Assembly: GCA_949358305.1 (NCBI GenBank)
Contig: OX442314.1
Location: 17,298,001 to 17,362,000 of the forward strand
Reading direction: 5' to 3'
Length of the DNA stretch: 64,000 bases
From: Strigamia acuminata
Taxonomy: Eukaryota
Both the position numbers and the translations under genes were made by a program. Numbering within the stretch: position 1 is the stretch's first letter; every line of letters starts with the position of its first letter. The notes beneath the pieces are model-generated. The model was not told the DNA's origin and searched no databases. It was given only the letters and a program-made list of their open reading frames with translations. Below are positions 50,053 through 61,291 of the stretch, one piece after another.

Positions 50053-50887
50053 GATGATACAGTTGTCTTTATCTACTACAATATACAAAAAATTACGCTT
50101 GCAGTTTTTTTAAATAAAATTTGAATTAAATTAGAAAATTGATGCATCCTGACAAGTAAAAGGGAAATATTTTTGTTTTGGATGTCCGTAAATTAGGTTT
50201 ACTAACAAACTTTGCTGTGTTTTATTTCCTTTTTTCTTTTAAAATAATTTTTGATAATTGTTAGATTTAGACCCAAAGTTTTGGACGAGCAAAATCAAAA
50301 CATGGCTGCACTCTTGACTCACTCCTTGATATTTTTTGTCGTAAAGTTTGGAACCGAGTTTACTGACAATAAGTAAACATGTTAGTTTTCTTTATTGAGC
50401 AGAAAATTACTTCGTTATCATTGTTTAAGAACGTACATTTGTGACGAAATGAAATTAAAGAAAATTTTATTTAGCAAAAAGATTTTACAGCAAGAAACAG
50501 TGTTTTTTTTTTAAAAATACCGATATGTATATTTAAAAAAAGGAAATGTACTATTAATTGGTAACATATATTTATATATTTTTTTTACAAGAAGAGAATA
50601 GATTAATTGCAAATAATTTTTGCAATATTTGAAATCTTTGAAATTTGTTTAAAAGGTAAATTTTTTTTCCATTAATTACATTAATCAAATGTCTCAACTG
50701 AATGTCGTTTTGACCATTTTTTGAAAGCACCAAACACCGCATTTAAATATCAAATTATGGAATCTGTAGATAAGTAATTCAGGGACAGTAGTAATCTGCT
50801 GGAAAGAAGCAGTAGGAGGTTCTGTTGAATGATTTTTTTGCTTCCAGTATATCGTTACAGGTTTAGTAATGAAGTGTAATAAGGAGT

Positions 50888-53800
50888 TTAATTAACCTCT
50901 TTAGTTCCCACATGAATTTCTGACTTTTTGGGATCAGCACTCGCTTTTCTGCTCACCGCTTATTGATCCAACAAACGTGAAATGTTGTGATGATTAAAAT
51001 TGAACACAAAATAGAAAATGTTTCGAAGTATTCCTTACCGGTACTTTCATGATTTTATCCGAATCTGCCAATGCTTGTTTAGCTAAGTAACGCTCTCTCT
51101 TAATTTTCAACTCGAGACTACTTGGAACGTCGGGAACGGTAAGGTCAATAAGTCGGAAAATTCCAAATACCATATGCTGGAAATAATTAAATAGAATCAC
51201 TTTCTAAAACATTTCAAAAAAAAAAAAAAATTTTTTTTTTACTTCGAAAACAATAACGAAAACCAATCGGATGACAAGTAATTGCCAATAGAAAAGTGTG
51301 TATTGTCCTTTTTCGTCTCTGAAATCACGGTATCGACATTCTTCGGTCATAGTATCGTTTGGAGCATACGATAAAGTGAAGTTTATGTAACCCTCTAAAT
51401 TTCCAAATTTTACTTTGTAAAATAATTGTGGAACGAAATCCGATGTAAATGCTATGAGAAATGCCTATGAACAAACCAATTCGTTAATAATCAATGTAAT
51501 GGACCAACAACAGTCCTTACATTACTAATTACTGCCAATTGAGCTAAAGCTTCCAATATAGTAAACCAGATTCCTATATCTCTTGCTCGTTCTGCTACAA
51601 CTCGTCTCGTTACACATACGAATTTGCGCGCATCCAATCTTATTTCCACCCAATTGTTTAAAAGTGCAAAAAGTGGAGCTAATGGAAAGGCGGCCACGAA
51701 TATTGTGATAAATCCAAATTGCTGGACTAAAAATAGAGACAAATTATTTGTTTCCGCCCTGTAATGCAGTATGTCTTCCTAAAACTCACCCATTTCCAAG
51801 TATTCGTCCAATAAACCTTCATTTTCAACCAGTTGAAAATCTGCCTCCCAGTTGGTTTTGTCCCCAACCTTGTTCGATGTAGTAACCTTTTTTCTATGTC
51901 GCCAAGCTTGGAATTTTCTAGCAATTTTTTTTTGTCCTAAATGGTTTTTTCTTAGATTTGAAAAGTTTTGTTTTTAGACTTACGGGACTACAATTTCATG
52001 TGCGTTGTTTAAGGTCTGTTTGCCAACCATAATGACAATGAATTGTTGGGCAAGTTCAAATAAACAGTCACTATTACTACACTAGATTTAAAAAAATAGA
52101 ACCTTACACAAGTCACTTTTATATCAACATACTATATATACTACGGTAGTATATAATTTATAATTACTTCTTCATGTCTTAATCCTAAAATATAATTATA
52201 GTTTCCGGGGTAACCAATAAATCTAAATTTAAGAAAAATATAAATAATTACGGTACGCTAATAACACGTGTATACGTAATGAGAATCATACCGCCCTTTG
52301 AAGAATGCAATGTAGATAATGGACGAATAAAAATTGAAGAATTGAAATAGAAAAATTTTATAAATGAGATTGTCTTCAAATTCAGTTTGAGTCCTATGCA
52401 TTTCTACGAATAAAAATTTAATTAAATTCGAAAATGTAAATATTTGTGCTTGTACCCCATTCGGTGAGCAGATGCGCCAATTTGGTATAGATTCTACTCA
52501 ATATCATAATTAAAATCAAATTGACCACAGCACCAGTCACATTGGCTATAGTGGGTGCCTGAATCCGGAGCATTTCGTGTCGAAAAAGTGGAATGCTGAC
52601 GAGCACTCTGTATATTATTATTGCAACTATGCAGATAATGATTAAACTAATCTAAAATAAAAATAATGAATTGCCATTTTTCTAATTGAACATTAACTGC
52701 ACACTACCATGACTAATAAGACTCCTAATCCTGCCACCATTCTTTTACCACTTTGAGCTTTTGGGAAAGCGGGTTCCCTGACACCCGTAACAGGGTTGCG
52801 TTCCATCAACGGAGCTTTGGCTGTAAATTCTGGACGGGGTCGTTCCTGAAATCAAATTGATTGAAAATTGATTCGACTGAAATTTGACTTTGAGCAAGAA
52901 CTTTGAGCAACCTCTTCTTTGGCATAATCTGAACAGTCCCAATGATATGCTAAACTTGCACTCTTCCTTTTCCAGGATTTAAGAAATGATACGGCTGCAA
53001 TAGATCTTACTTGTAGGCAGTTATTTTTGAGCAATTTGATATGATGTTAGTATATTACCCCAAAAGGAAATAAATATGGCATAAAATACGGTGCCGGGAT
53101 GGTCGAATAAGTAAGAGATCGTCTTCAATCCGCAAATTTCTGACAAATTCCAATATAAAGAGCAATCGACTTCTTCAATGCATCGAGGACACATTTTAAA
53201 AGCATCTCCACTGTCGCATACTTCTTTTCTACAAATAATTGAAAAAAGATCAGTCATTTAGGATTCAATTAAAGTAGGTGGTCTAACGGGCTTTAGTTCA
53301 GGCCAGGATTGACTGCCAGAATCGACCAAAGCATGCACCTTTTTTGATCAATGGCATTCATATTACGACGTACCAGCCAAAAAAATAACTGAGAAATTTT
53401 GAACATTTTGAAAATATCATTTTCTGGTCGCAACTCAACTTGCAAATGTTTTTGGTGCACGTCATTATACAAGTTGAACAGCCCCGCACGATAAAGAGAT
53501 AACTTACGTTGGTAAATACACATCCATTGTAAAAACCCCATACAGAAATACAAGTAAACCAACTATCGCGGCTGGAAGCAGCCATCCAGTGTAAAAACCT
53601 GCAAGAAATCCTTATTGATATTCCATAGATGCAGTATGCATATACATAATAAATACCTAACCAGGCAAAATAAATAGCAATTTTCTCTCCAAAATATTCT
53701 CGTATGTGGTCCAACGGTTGATATTTGTACCATCTTCGCCATCGGGCCCAATACTCGTAAAGAACTTGTCTCATATTGAGTTGTTCTGGTCTAAATGGCG

Positions 53801-55803
53801 TCTCGGGTTTTTTATAAGAACCCTAAAGATAACGTAAGGCGTGTGAATTATGAATAAATAATTAGGCTAGTGTTTACCTCGTGTAACGGATAAGCTGCAG
53901 TGTAAACACCTTTAGAAATTAACCTATCGATTCCAAATTCGGCTCTTCTCTTCATCCCGTACGTCGTAGTTTGTAATATTTCGTTGACAACTTGATGCCT
54001 CTGTGTAGAACGGAAATAGGAATCGTGTTTGTCGCTTCCAAGAAATCTAAAAGGGAAAATTTACTGCATTTTAAATTTAATCAGTCGTATTAAATTTGAA
54101 ACACCGTGATTGATTGTTACCTATCTATTTTCGATTTTTTAAATGCGCACGTGTAGAATTTGACAGGATGATTTGGCACTTGTTGTGCCATTACATTCGG
54201 TATGTTGACCATTTGAAGAAATTTCTGAGACCAGTTACTCGGGGGGTTTAGAAGTACCTAGAAGATAAATAAAAACGTAATTTATTCTGAGTGTTGTGCA
54301 GTGTTACGCATGGATCACAAAGGTAACGGTGCATAAATAGTCAAACCTATAATGTAATGTACTAATGCGAGTAAATGAGTACAAATGATTCCGTGGTTTC
54401 TAGTTTATTTGACTATAAGACCATACTTTATAGCTATTGTATTCAGTTATTGCCTGGTGTGTGCTATAGAGTGCCAATTTCTAAGGTTCATCAAGCTAGC
54501 AGTACAACATACACAAGGTGTTTACAAAAAATATTGTCCCATGTACAAATCCAATGTGCTAAATGCGCCAATTCAAATTTTTAAAAATGCAAATTTCGAC
54601 TAACTTGTAAGTAAACAGAGATCATTGAAAATAAATGGTTGTCTCTTTGAACACATATCTAGCATTTACTATTGGGCATAATAATTTTTGTAAACACTAA
54701 GCTTAGTGTTTTGTAATGCCGGTCTGATGAACTGAAATTCCCATGTATTTTTAAAACGATTTAGTGTAAATTTCCGCGCGATGTACCTCGGGTTGATCAT
54801 CATCGTCATCATCATCATCATCATCATCATCACTTTCAAGTGGTGGTTCAAAAGTACTCTTTAAATCAGAAGATGAAGTTGCATATAAATAAACAATTTA
54901 AATTTATATACTCCGTAATATATTTTCACCTGTAAAGGCGCTCTCATGCTTAGTTCTTCAGCATAATGGACCAATACAGGCCATGGAGCTGATAGCTTCA
55001 TGAAATGTGTTCTCATTGTAGTACCTTTAATAACTTCCTATTGACAATACATAATTTCTTGTTAAAAATAAAAATTTCGGTTCTTATTGATTGAGAAACC
55101 TCTTCCGTGTTGAGTCCAGCTTTTCGTAAATTCTTCACGAATTTTTTTCGCCAATGTTCGTTCTGCAATTCTTCGTTTTTGCTCGTTTGTTGCATTAAAC
55201 TTTGAGTTGAGTCAATAGTGCGCTCATAGGATTCTTCATGAACAAGAATAAAATCTGAAATTAAATATAGTGACAACCGATATAAGGTACATAATCTGTA
55301 AATGCCATAACCCTTTCTTAAAAAAACTTTCTTTGTGACAATAACAAAGTGATTTTAATCGTTTGATCACTACTGCGATTGGACGAGTTGTTACATGGGT
55401 ATTTGCGTTAAGTCACGGCAGTGTATGAACATATTAATGAATTCGTAGATTGTTTTAAGGACTGTCAATTAGTAATTCAACGCTAGGGGAAAATAATTTT
55501 ATTTTCGCCTTTACCAATTTTTCTTTTTCCATCTCGAAAATATGTGCCCTCATTTTTCAGACCAACTTGACTTTCTCGCTCATTCTTGAGAAATCATTGC
55601 GTCGAGATTAAAAATGAAAAAAAAATGTAAACATACTACTATAAAATTCAGTTAACTATTCATACCAAAGCATCCTGTCGCGCATAATTTTCTGCATTTT
55701 TCATATTTTTCCATGAAAATGTCATCGTTCCGTAATTCTGTTTAGGCCCACGACGAGTTCCGTTTAATTTATTCTTTTCTGTAGCCCATTCGGTGATAGG
55801 CAT
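50888..55803 (-). CDS. Anoctamin copy D (ANO7-like); last-exon acceptor mutated, so the C-terminus is uncertain
   Basis: [10 protein letters not shown]...QDAL|NERESQ...[18 protein letters not shown]...KQTLNNAHE...DEYLEM...[12 protein letters not shown]...[13 protein letters not shown]. The terminal acceptor reads AATAA where paralogues have AATAG. Confidence 0.85.
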
Positions 55804-56943
55804 GATTGTATGGTTGTCTTTAATTACTTAAAAAAAATTTTTAAAAGTATGCTTATAATTTCTTTAAATAATTGCATTTGAATTAAAATAGAAAATTGGG
55901 TTCATCCTGACAAGTGTGCGAATGATTCATTCATGGAGATGATTACATTATTAGACTTCCTTGGTGGAGCTGTTAACACAGCAGCCAAAGTTTTCAAATT
56001 AAATATGGAAATTTTCTATTGAAAATTTTATAACGGAAAAAAGTTCTTATCAAACAAAAAAAATATAAGATTATTTTTAGGTAACGGTAAAAAGGAAATT
56101 TTTGATTTGCACGTGCCGGAAATTAGGTTTACGAACAAGCCTTGTTACATTTTGTTCCCTTTTTTCTTTTGAAATAATTTTTGGAACGTGTTTGACTTGT
56201 AAGACTTGTTAGACTTGGATCCAAAGCTTGGACGTCCAACCCAATTGATGGTTGCTCTCTGACACTCTCCTCGAATTATTTTATCGTGAAGTTTGGAACC
56301 GAGTTCACTAACAATAATAAATAATAAATAAGCATGTCGGTTTGTTACTTTGTTTTCTTTATTGAGCAGAAAATTACTACGTTATGATTGTTTGAGAATA
56401 AATTTTTGTGACGAAATGAAATAAGGTAGGACAAATTTTTTTCTTGTCTTAAATCGATTTGCTTAACACGTCGAAGCGACCGCAGTCACAGATTAGGGGG
56501 ATCTGTGATCGCGGTGACAAAAACAATAGTTTTTGTTTTAGTAACAAGTCACAGTATATTGTGGTTTTAGTCTAGCGGCGGCACGATGCTTACGGTAAAA
56601 CTAAATTACTTTTTAAATATTTATTTATAATAATTGGGTACAACTGAATTTATTTTTAATCAATTCGATCGGAATTTATCAAACCTTTTCCATAAGGAAA
56701 ATGGCTGTTTTTAGAGTCGGACGGGACGATTTGGCATCCATTAAAGTTTTAGTCGCGGCACAGACCGTGCCATCACTGCCATCACACGCAGAAGACAAGA
56801 AAATAGAAAGATCATTTTTTAAAAATAAAAACATAATAAAAAATAAGAAATAAAAAATGGCCTACCGAATAGTGTCGGAAACGGAAAACGTCGAGTATAC
56901 GTTCTCGTTACGCCCTGTTTTCGTAACTTCTTGTCCTTCTACG

Positions 56944-56980
56944 TATATATAACCTTCCCATCTCATTTCGATTTCAATTC
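56944..56980 (+). promoter_or_regulatory. TATA box plus Inr-like element of the LRR gene
   Basis: TATATAA near 56946-56952, TCAATT/TCATT about 30 nt downstream, ATG at 57001. Confidence 0.5.
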
Positions 56981-57000
56981 ATCTCCGGTTAGTTTGCAAG

Positions 57001-58329
57001 ATGCCGCGCAGCAAATCAGCATCGAGTCTGGAACAATTGTGTTTTCAAATGGTTTGCACTAATGTTGATCAATTAGAACCACAACTGGTGAATCTGCCTC
57101 CTATGTTTATTTCCCGCGTGTATCAATATATGTGTACGCAATTTTGCGGTGAAAATGGACGACGACGCTTATCTTCAACCGCTTTCATTCGCCCTGGCAC
57201 CAAGTCAGTTTACGATACTAATATGTTTCGTTTGCCCTTGTATCCTTTTCTATTAGATAGAGTAGAACGATTTGGTGGAAACCTTTTACATTTAGACCTG
57301 ACCAGTGAGTCTGATGTGAAAATTCCACCTGAATACATGGTCAAACTGCTGAAGCAATTGCCACGACTTCAATGGCTTCTTTTTGGAGATTATGAGGGAG
57401 AACAATGCACTGACGAAGTTGTCGTTGCAATTAGTGAAAATTGTCTACAATTGCGACATCTAGAGTTAATTAACTGCATAAAAATTACGGATCATGTTCT
57501 CTGTCATTTAAGAAATTGCAAAAAACTGGAGTATTTAGATCTCCGAAGCACTGGAGTCTCGTGCCATGGGTGTCTTTTCATTTTCAATCAACTTCCTTTT
57601 TTGAAAATGTTTCGACATAGCTGGTGGGAAATTTTTTTTAATCGGTTAAAACAACAGTTCGTCTTGGAGAAGAAAAAGGTGCGCACTTATTCCATCGAAA
57701 CAATCAGCAGTCATGCAAGTATAAAAAATATTGAAGATTTCATCACTGTGACCACCATTTTCCTCAACTTATCAACCCTAATAGTGGATGCATCGGTAGC
57801 ATCGACTACTTTGGATTTGAATATTGTCTTGGCGCGGGCACAACGATTAACTTGCTTACGACTCTCTCATTTTAAATTAGTTGATCTTAAACTTGTCGAT
57901 TATTATTGCCCATTGTTAAAAAAATTATGGTTGGACGATTGCACTATTTTGAACACTGCTGCACACGATCTAGCTCCACGAAATTTGTTCAGAAATTTAT
58001 GTAAATTAGACATACATGTGGATGGTATTACTGAATCACAGATTTTAATCTTATTAACTCAGAGTTTAGAATTTTTAATTATTAGACATTGTCAAACACT
58101 CACTGACAAGTTCATTTCAGAACTAAAATTGTATGCGGTTAAAAGTCTGGCATTTTTTTCATGCCCCTCAATTAATCAAAGCATGATAACCAAGTTAGTT
58201 GAAATAAGAAATCCAATGGAGCGTTTACTAATAATACATTGTTTGAATATAGATAAGTTGGTTTCTGAAGAAATTGCCACTTATATTAAATCTAAGAACT
58301 TGAATTTGGAATTGTTATGGACCCCATAA
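57001..58329 (+). CDS. Intronless BC-box/leucine-rich-repeat protein (AMN1/FBXL-like cullin-ligase substrate receptor), 442 aa
   Basis: N-terminal SLEQLCFQMV...LPP (BC-box plus cullin-box-like). Cysteine-containing LRRs CTDEVVVAISENCLQLRHLELINCIKITD, LEYLDLRSTGVS, LKKLWLDDC. AATAAA at 58427. Confidence 0.85.
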   Translation: MPRSKSASSLEQLCFQMVCTNVDQLEPQLVNLPPMFISRVYQYMCTQFCGENGRRRLSSTAFIRPGTKSVYDTNMFRLPLYPFLLDRVERFGGNLLHLDLTSESDVKIPPEYMVKLLKQLPRLQWLLFGDYEGEQCTDEVVVAISENCLQLRHLELINCIKITDHVLCHLRNCKKLEYLDLRSTGVSCHGCLFIFNQLPFLKMFRHSWWEIFFNRLKQQFVLEKKKVRTYSIETISSHASIKNIEDFITVTTIFLNLSTLIVDASVASTTLDLNIVLARAQRLTCLRLSHFKLVDLKLVDYYCPLLKKLWLDDCTILNTAAHDLAPRNLFRNLCKLDIHVDGITESQILILLTQSLEFLIIRHCQTLTDKFISELKLYAVKSLAFFSCPSINQSMITKLVEIRNPMERLLIIHCLNIDKLVSEEIATYIKSKNLNLELLWTP

Positions 58330-58699
58330 TTAAACTTAGAATATTGACATCCAGTTCCATTGCTTCTTGTACGGTTTTGCCTGTGTTGGTGTCAAGCAAT
58401 ATGTAATTGAATTTTTTGAAGGTGAGAATAAAGTGTTCAATGATGTGGCAAAAATTAACATTTTTCTGTAATATTTTCAGTTTTGTGTTTAATTTATTTT
58501 AATTTTCGTTTTTATATGTGTATTGTAGTGATCCCGAGAGCTGGATCACTAAAAAATTGATTGTTTATTTCTATAAAAATAAATACTCAACTACAAATAA
58601 CCAATTAATTAAACGAAAATAGGCTACACTGCATAGAAAAAAACAGGAACCTATTAAATTTCCCTGAATGACACCGAAGCTACTAGTCTCTCATACCAA

Positions 58700-59855
58700 T
58701 CAGCTGACAATATCTTCTGTTTGAGTTTCTGCTGTAAGATTTGCGGTGGTTCCACCATACGCATATAGCGCACCATCAACTTTCTGGGGTGCCGTTCCAA
58801 CGGCGAATCGTCTAAGGGCGAATCTGGCCATTCGGACAAATGGCGAATTTCGACCTTATTTCGTCCAAAAGCAGTCCCAATGGCAAATTTCTCCCAATTC
58901 GCCATTGGGAACGTATTTGGACGTTTCTAATGGCGAATTGGTAGAAATTAGCCACAGGAGCGCGACATGAATCTGCCGCGACAAGCCGACGCAAAAAAAT
59001 GGTGTTGGATCAAAAAACCAGTAAGGTTAGGTTCGCGGGGGGTCAAGGGGGGGCGCAGCCCCCCCTTGTTAGCCCTTCTTAGGAATTGGGAGTCGCGGTA
59101 GTTGACGCCCACAGATTCGCCATTGGAAACGCAAATAACGTTTCCAATGGCGAATTTCAATACACACGTTTCCAATGGCGAATTTGCCCAGATTCGCCAT
59201 TGGAACGTCAAAATACCTTTCCAATGGCGAATTTTCAAAATTCGCCATTAGGTGATTCGCCGTTGGAACGGGTAACTTTCTGAAGAAAAAAAAATTAGAT
59301 TAAAATGATCTGAAAACAGTAGTATACGATAAGTTGCTTACTAAAAAACTTATTATTTGTGGACAACCATCAGGAGAGGGGCATTGAATTGTGTACTCGT
59401 TAAGGAAAACTTGGTCGAACAATAATTCTTCATTCTCTTCTATTGTATGATAACAATCGATGCACCTAAAAAAAAATTTTAAAAAAATTAATACGGCCAA
59501 TAAAATACTGGTAACAAAATATAAATTCTCTTACGCAATCCTTGCCCCAATTCGATGCTTATTTCGAAGCGGCTGAAATGGCAGCTCTGAAATGACTTCC
59601 GACTTCAATGCGGGAGCCACTGCCGTAAGATCCGCGGTGGTTCCATCCCACTCATATAGCGCACCATCAACTTCCTGAAGAAAAAAATTAGATTAAAATA
59701 ATCTGAAAACAGTAGTATACGATAAGTTGCTTACTAAAAAACGAAAAATTTGTAGACAATAATCAGAGGGGCATTGAATTGTGTACACGGCGAGTTTAAC
59801 TTTGTCGAACAACAATTTTTTATTCTCTTCTATTGTATGATCACATGTGAAGCAC
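58700..59855 (-). CDS. Four spliced exons (~155 aa) of an unknown protein with two tandem CxxC-x23-CP-x3/4-C units; 5' end not found; possibly a pseudogene
   Basis: Exons 59855-59735, 59674-59535, 59465-59342 and a last exon ending at 58700 have canonical GT-AG sites, compatible phases and no stops: CFTCDHTIEEN...YTIQCPSDYC...|EVDGALY...|CIDCYHTIEEN...YTIQCPSPDGC...|KVDGALY...IVS*. Confidence 0.6.
58787..59273. mobile_element. Non-autonomous DNA element with a 9-bp TSD (Mutator/MULE-like)
   Basis: TSD AACTTTCTG at 58778-86 and 59274-82; TIR CCGTTCCAACGGCGAATC / GATTCGCCGTTGGAACGG; many internal AATGGCGAA/TTCGCCATT motifs. The empty site is visible in the tandem duplicate near 59670. Confidence 0.88.
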
Positions 59856-60119
59856 CTAAAAAAAAATTAAAAAAAAATTAAAAAAAAATTAATACGGCCA
59901 ATAACATACTGGTAACAAAATATTCTGTCTGCCAATGAAATCAAATTTCCCGCGAGCTTTATACAGAATTTTCTTTGGTGTCAAGCGCAAAAAGAGATTT
60001 GCATCACCATCAAAACACGGCAGCCAATCATTGCATTCCAATTTGAATTACCGTACTGGGAGGGACAAATATGGAAATTAGTTGTCATATTTCGCCTTAC
60101 ATAATTTAAAAATTCCGGA

Positions 60120-60800
60120 ATCATTTGTCTTTCCATGATAATGTCATCGTTCCATAATTCTCTCTAAGCCCATGACCAGTCGACCAGTTCCGTTTGATTC
60201 TTTTCTGTAGCCCTGATAGGCGTGATTGTGTGGTTGGCTTTATCTACTTTAAAATAAAATTAAAAAATATGCATATAATTTTTTTTAATAATAGCATTTG
60301 AATTAAAATAGAGAATTGGGTTCATCCTGACAAGTGTGCGAATGATTGATTCATGGAGATGATTACATTATTAGACTTCCTTGGTGGAGCTGTTAACACA
60401 GCAGCCAAAGTTTTCAAATTAAATATCGGAAATTTTCTATTGAAAATTTTATAACGAAAAAAAAAATTTATATCAAACAAAAAAAAAAATTAGGTTAATT
60501 TTAGGTAACGGTAAAAGGGAAATTTTTGATTTGCACGTGCCGGAAATTAGATTTACGAACAAGCCTTGTTACATTTTGTTTCCTTTTTTCTTTTGAAATA
60601 ATTTTTGGATCCAAAGCTTGAAAGTCCAACCCAATTGATGGTTTGCTCTCTGACACTCTCCTCGAATTATTTTATCGTGAAGTTTGGAACCGAGTTTACT
60701 AACAATAATTAAGCATGTCGGTTTGTTTTCTTTATTGAGCAGAAAATTACTACGTTATGATTGTTTGAGAATGCATTTTTGTGACGAAATGAAATAAGGA
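60120..60800 (-). pseudogene. Orphan anoctamin 5' end, duplicating 55700-56430, with ATG changed to ACG and no gene body
   Basis: Closely similar to the copy D upstream region; the start reads CACAATC-ACG-CCT-ATC instead of ACAATC-ATG-CCT-ATC. Homology stops near 60120. Confidence 0.8.
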
Positions 60801-61291
60801 CGAATAGGACGAATTTTCATTTACAATTAAAGAGAATTTTACATAGCAAAAAGATTTTACAGCAAGAAAAATAGTTTTTTTTTAAATATATATATTTTAA
60901 AAAAGGAAATATAATATTAATTGGTTACATATATTTATATATATTTTTTACAAGAGGAGCATTGATTAATTGCCAATTGTTTTCGCAATATTTGAAATTC
61001 GATTAAAAATTCAATTCGGGTTTAAAAAGTAAAATGATTGACTTTTTCCCCATTGATTACGTTAATCAAATATGTCTCAACTTAATGTCGTTCTCACCAT
61101 TTTTGGAAGGCACCAACCACCGCATTTAAATGTCGAATTTTGGAATAAGTAGATAAGTAATGCAGACAGTAATAATACGCTGGAAAGAATGTAGTTTGAA
61201 TATAACAACATTCAAAGCAGTACAAAGTATTGTTTTTTTTTTTGCTTCCAAGATGTCGTTACAGGGTTAATAACAAAGTGTGATAAGGTTT

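Noticed and set aside
58654..59283. Several overlapping short ORFs with repeated SPL/NGE/FAI motifs, and a superficial CRISPR-like repeat pattern
   Set aside because: They arise from the internal AATGGCGAA repeats of the 9-bp-TSD element. Spacing is irregular, both orientations occur, and the context is eukaryotic with no cas genes.
60101..60240. In-frame chimera of the orphan anoctamin exon with the Cys-rich exons via the donor at 60100
   Set aside because: The available ATG-led frame is phase 0 while the downstream exon needs phase 2, so the join gives an early stop.
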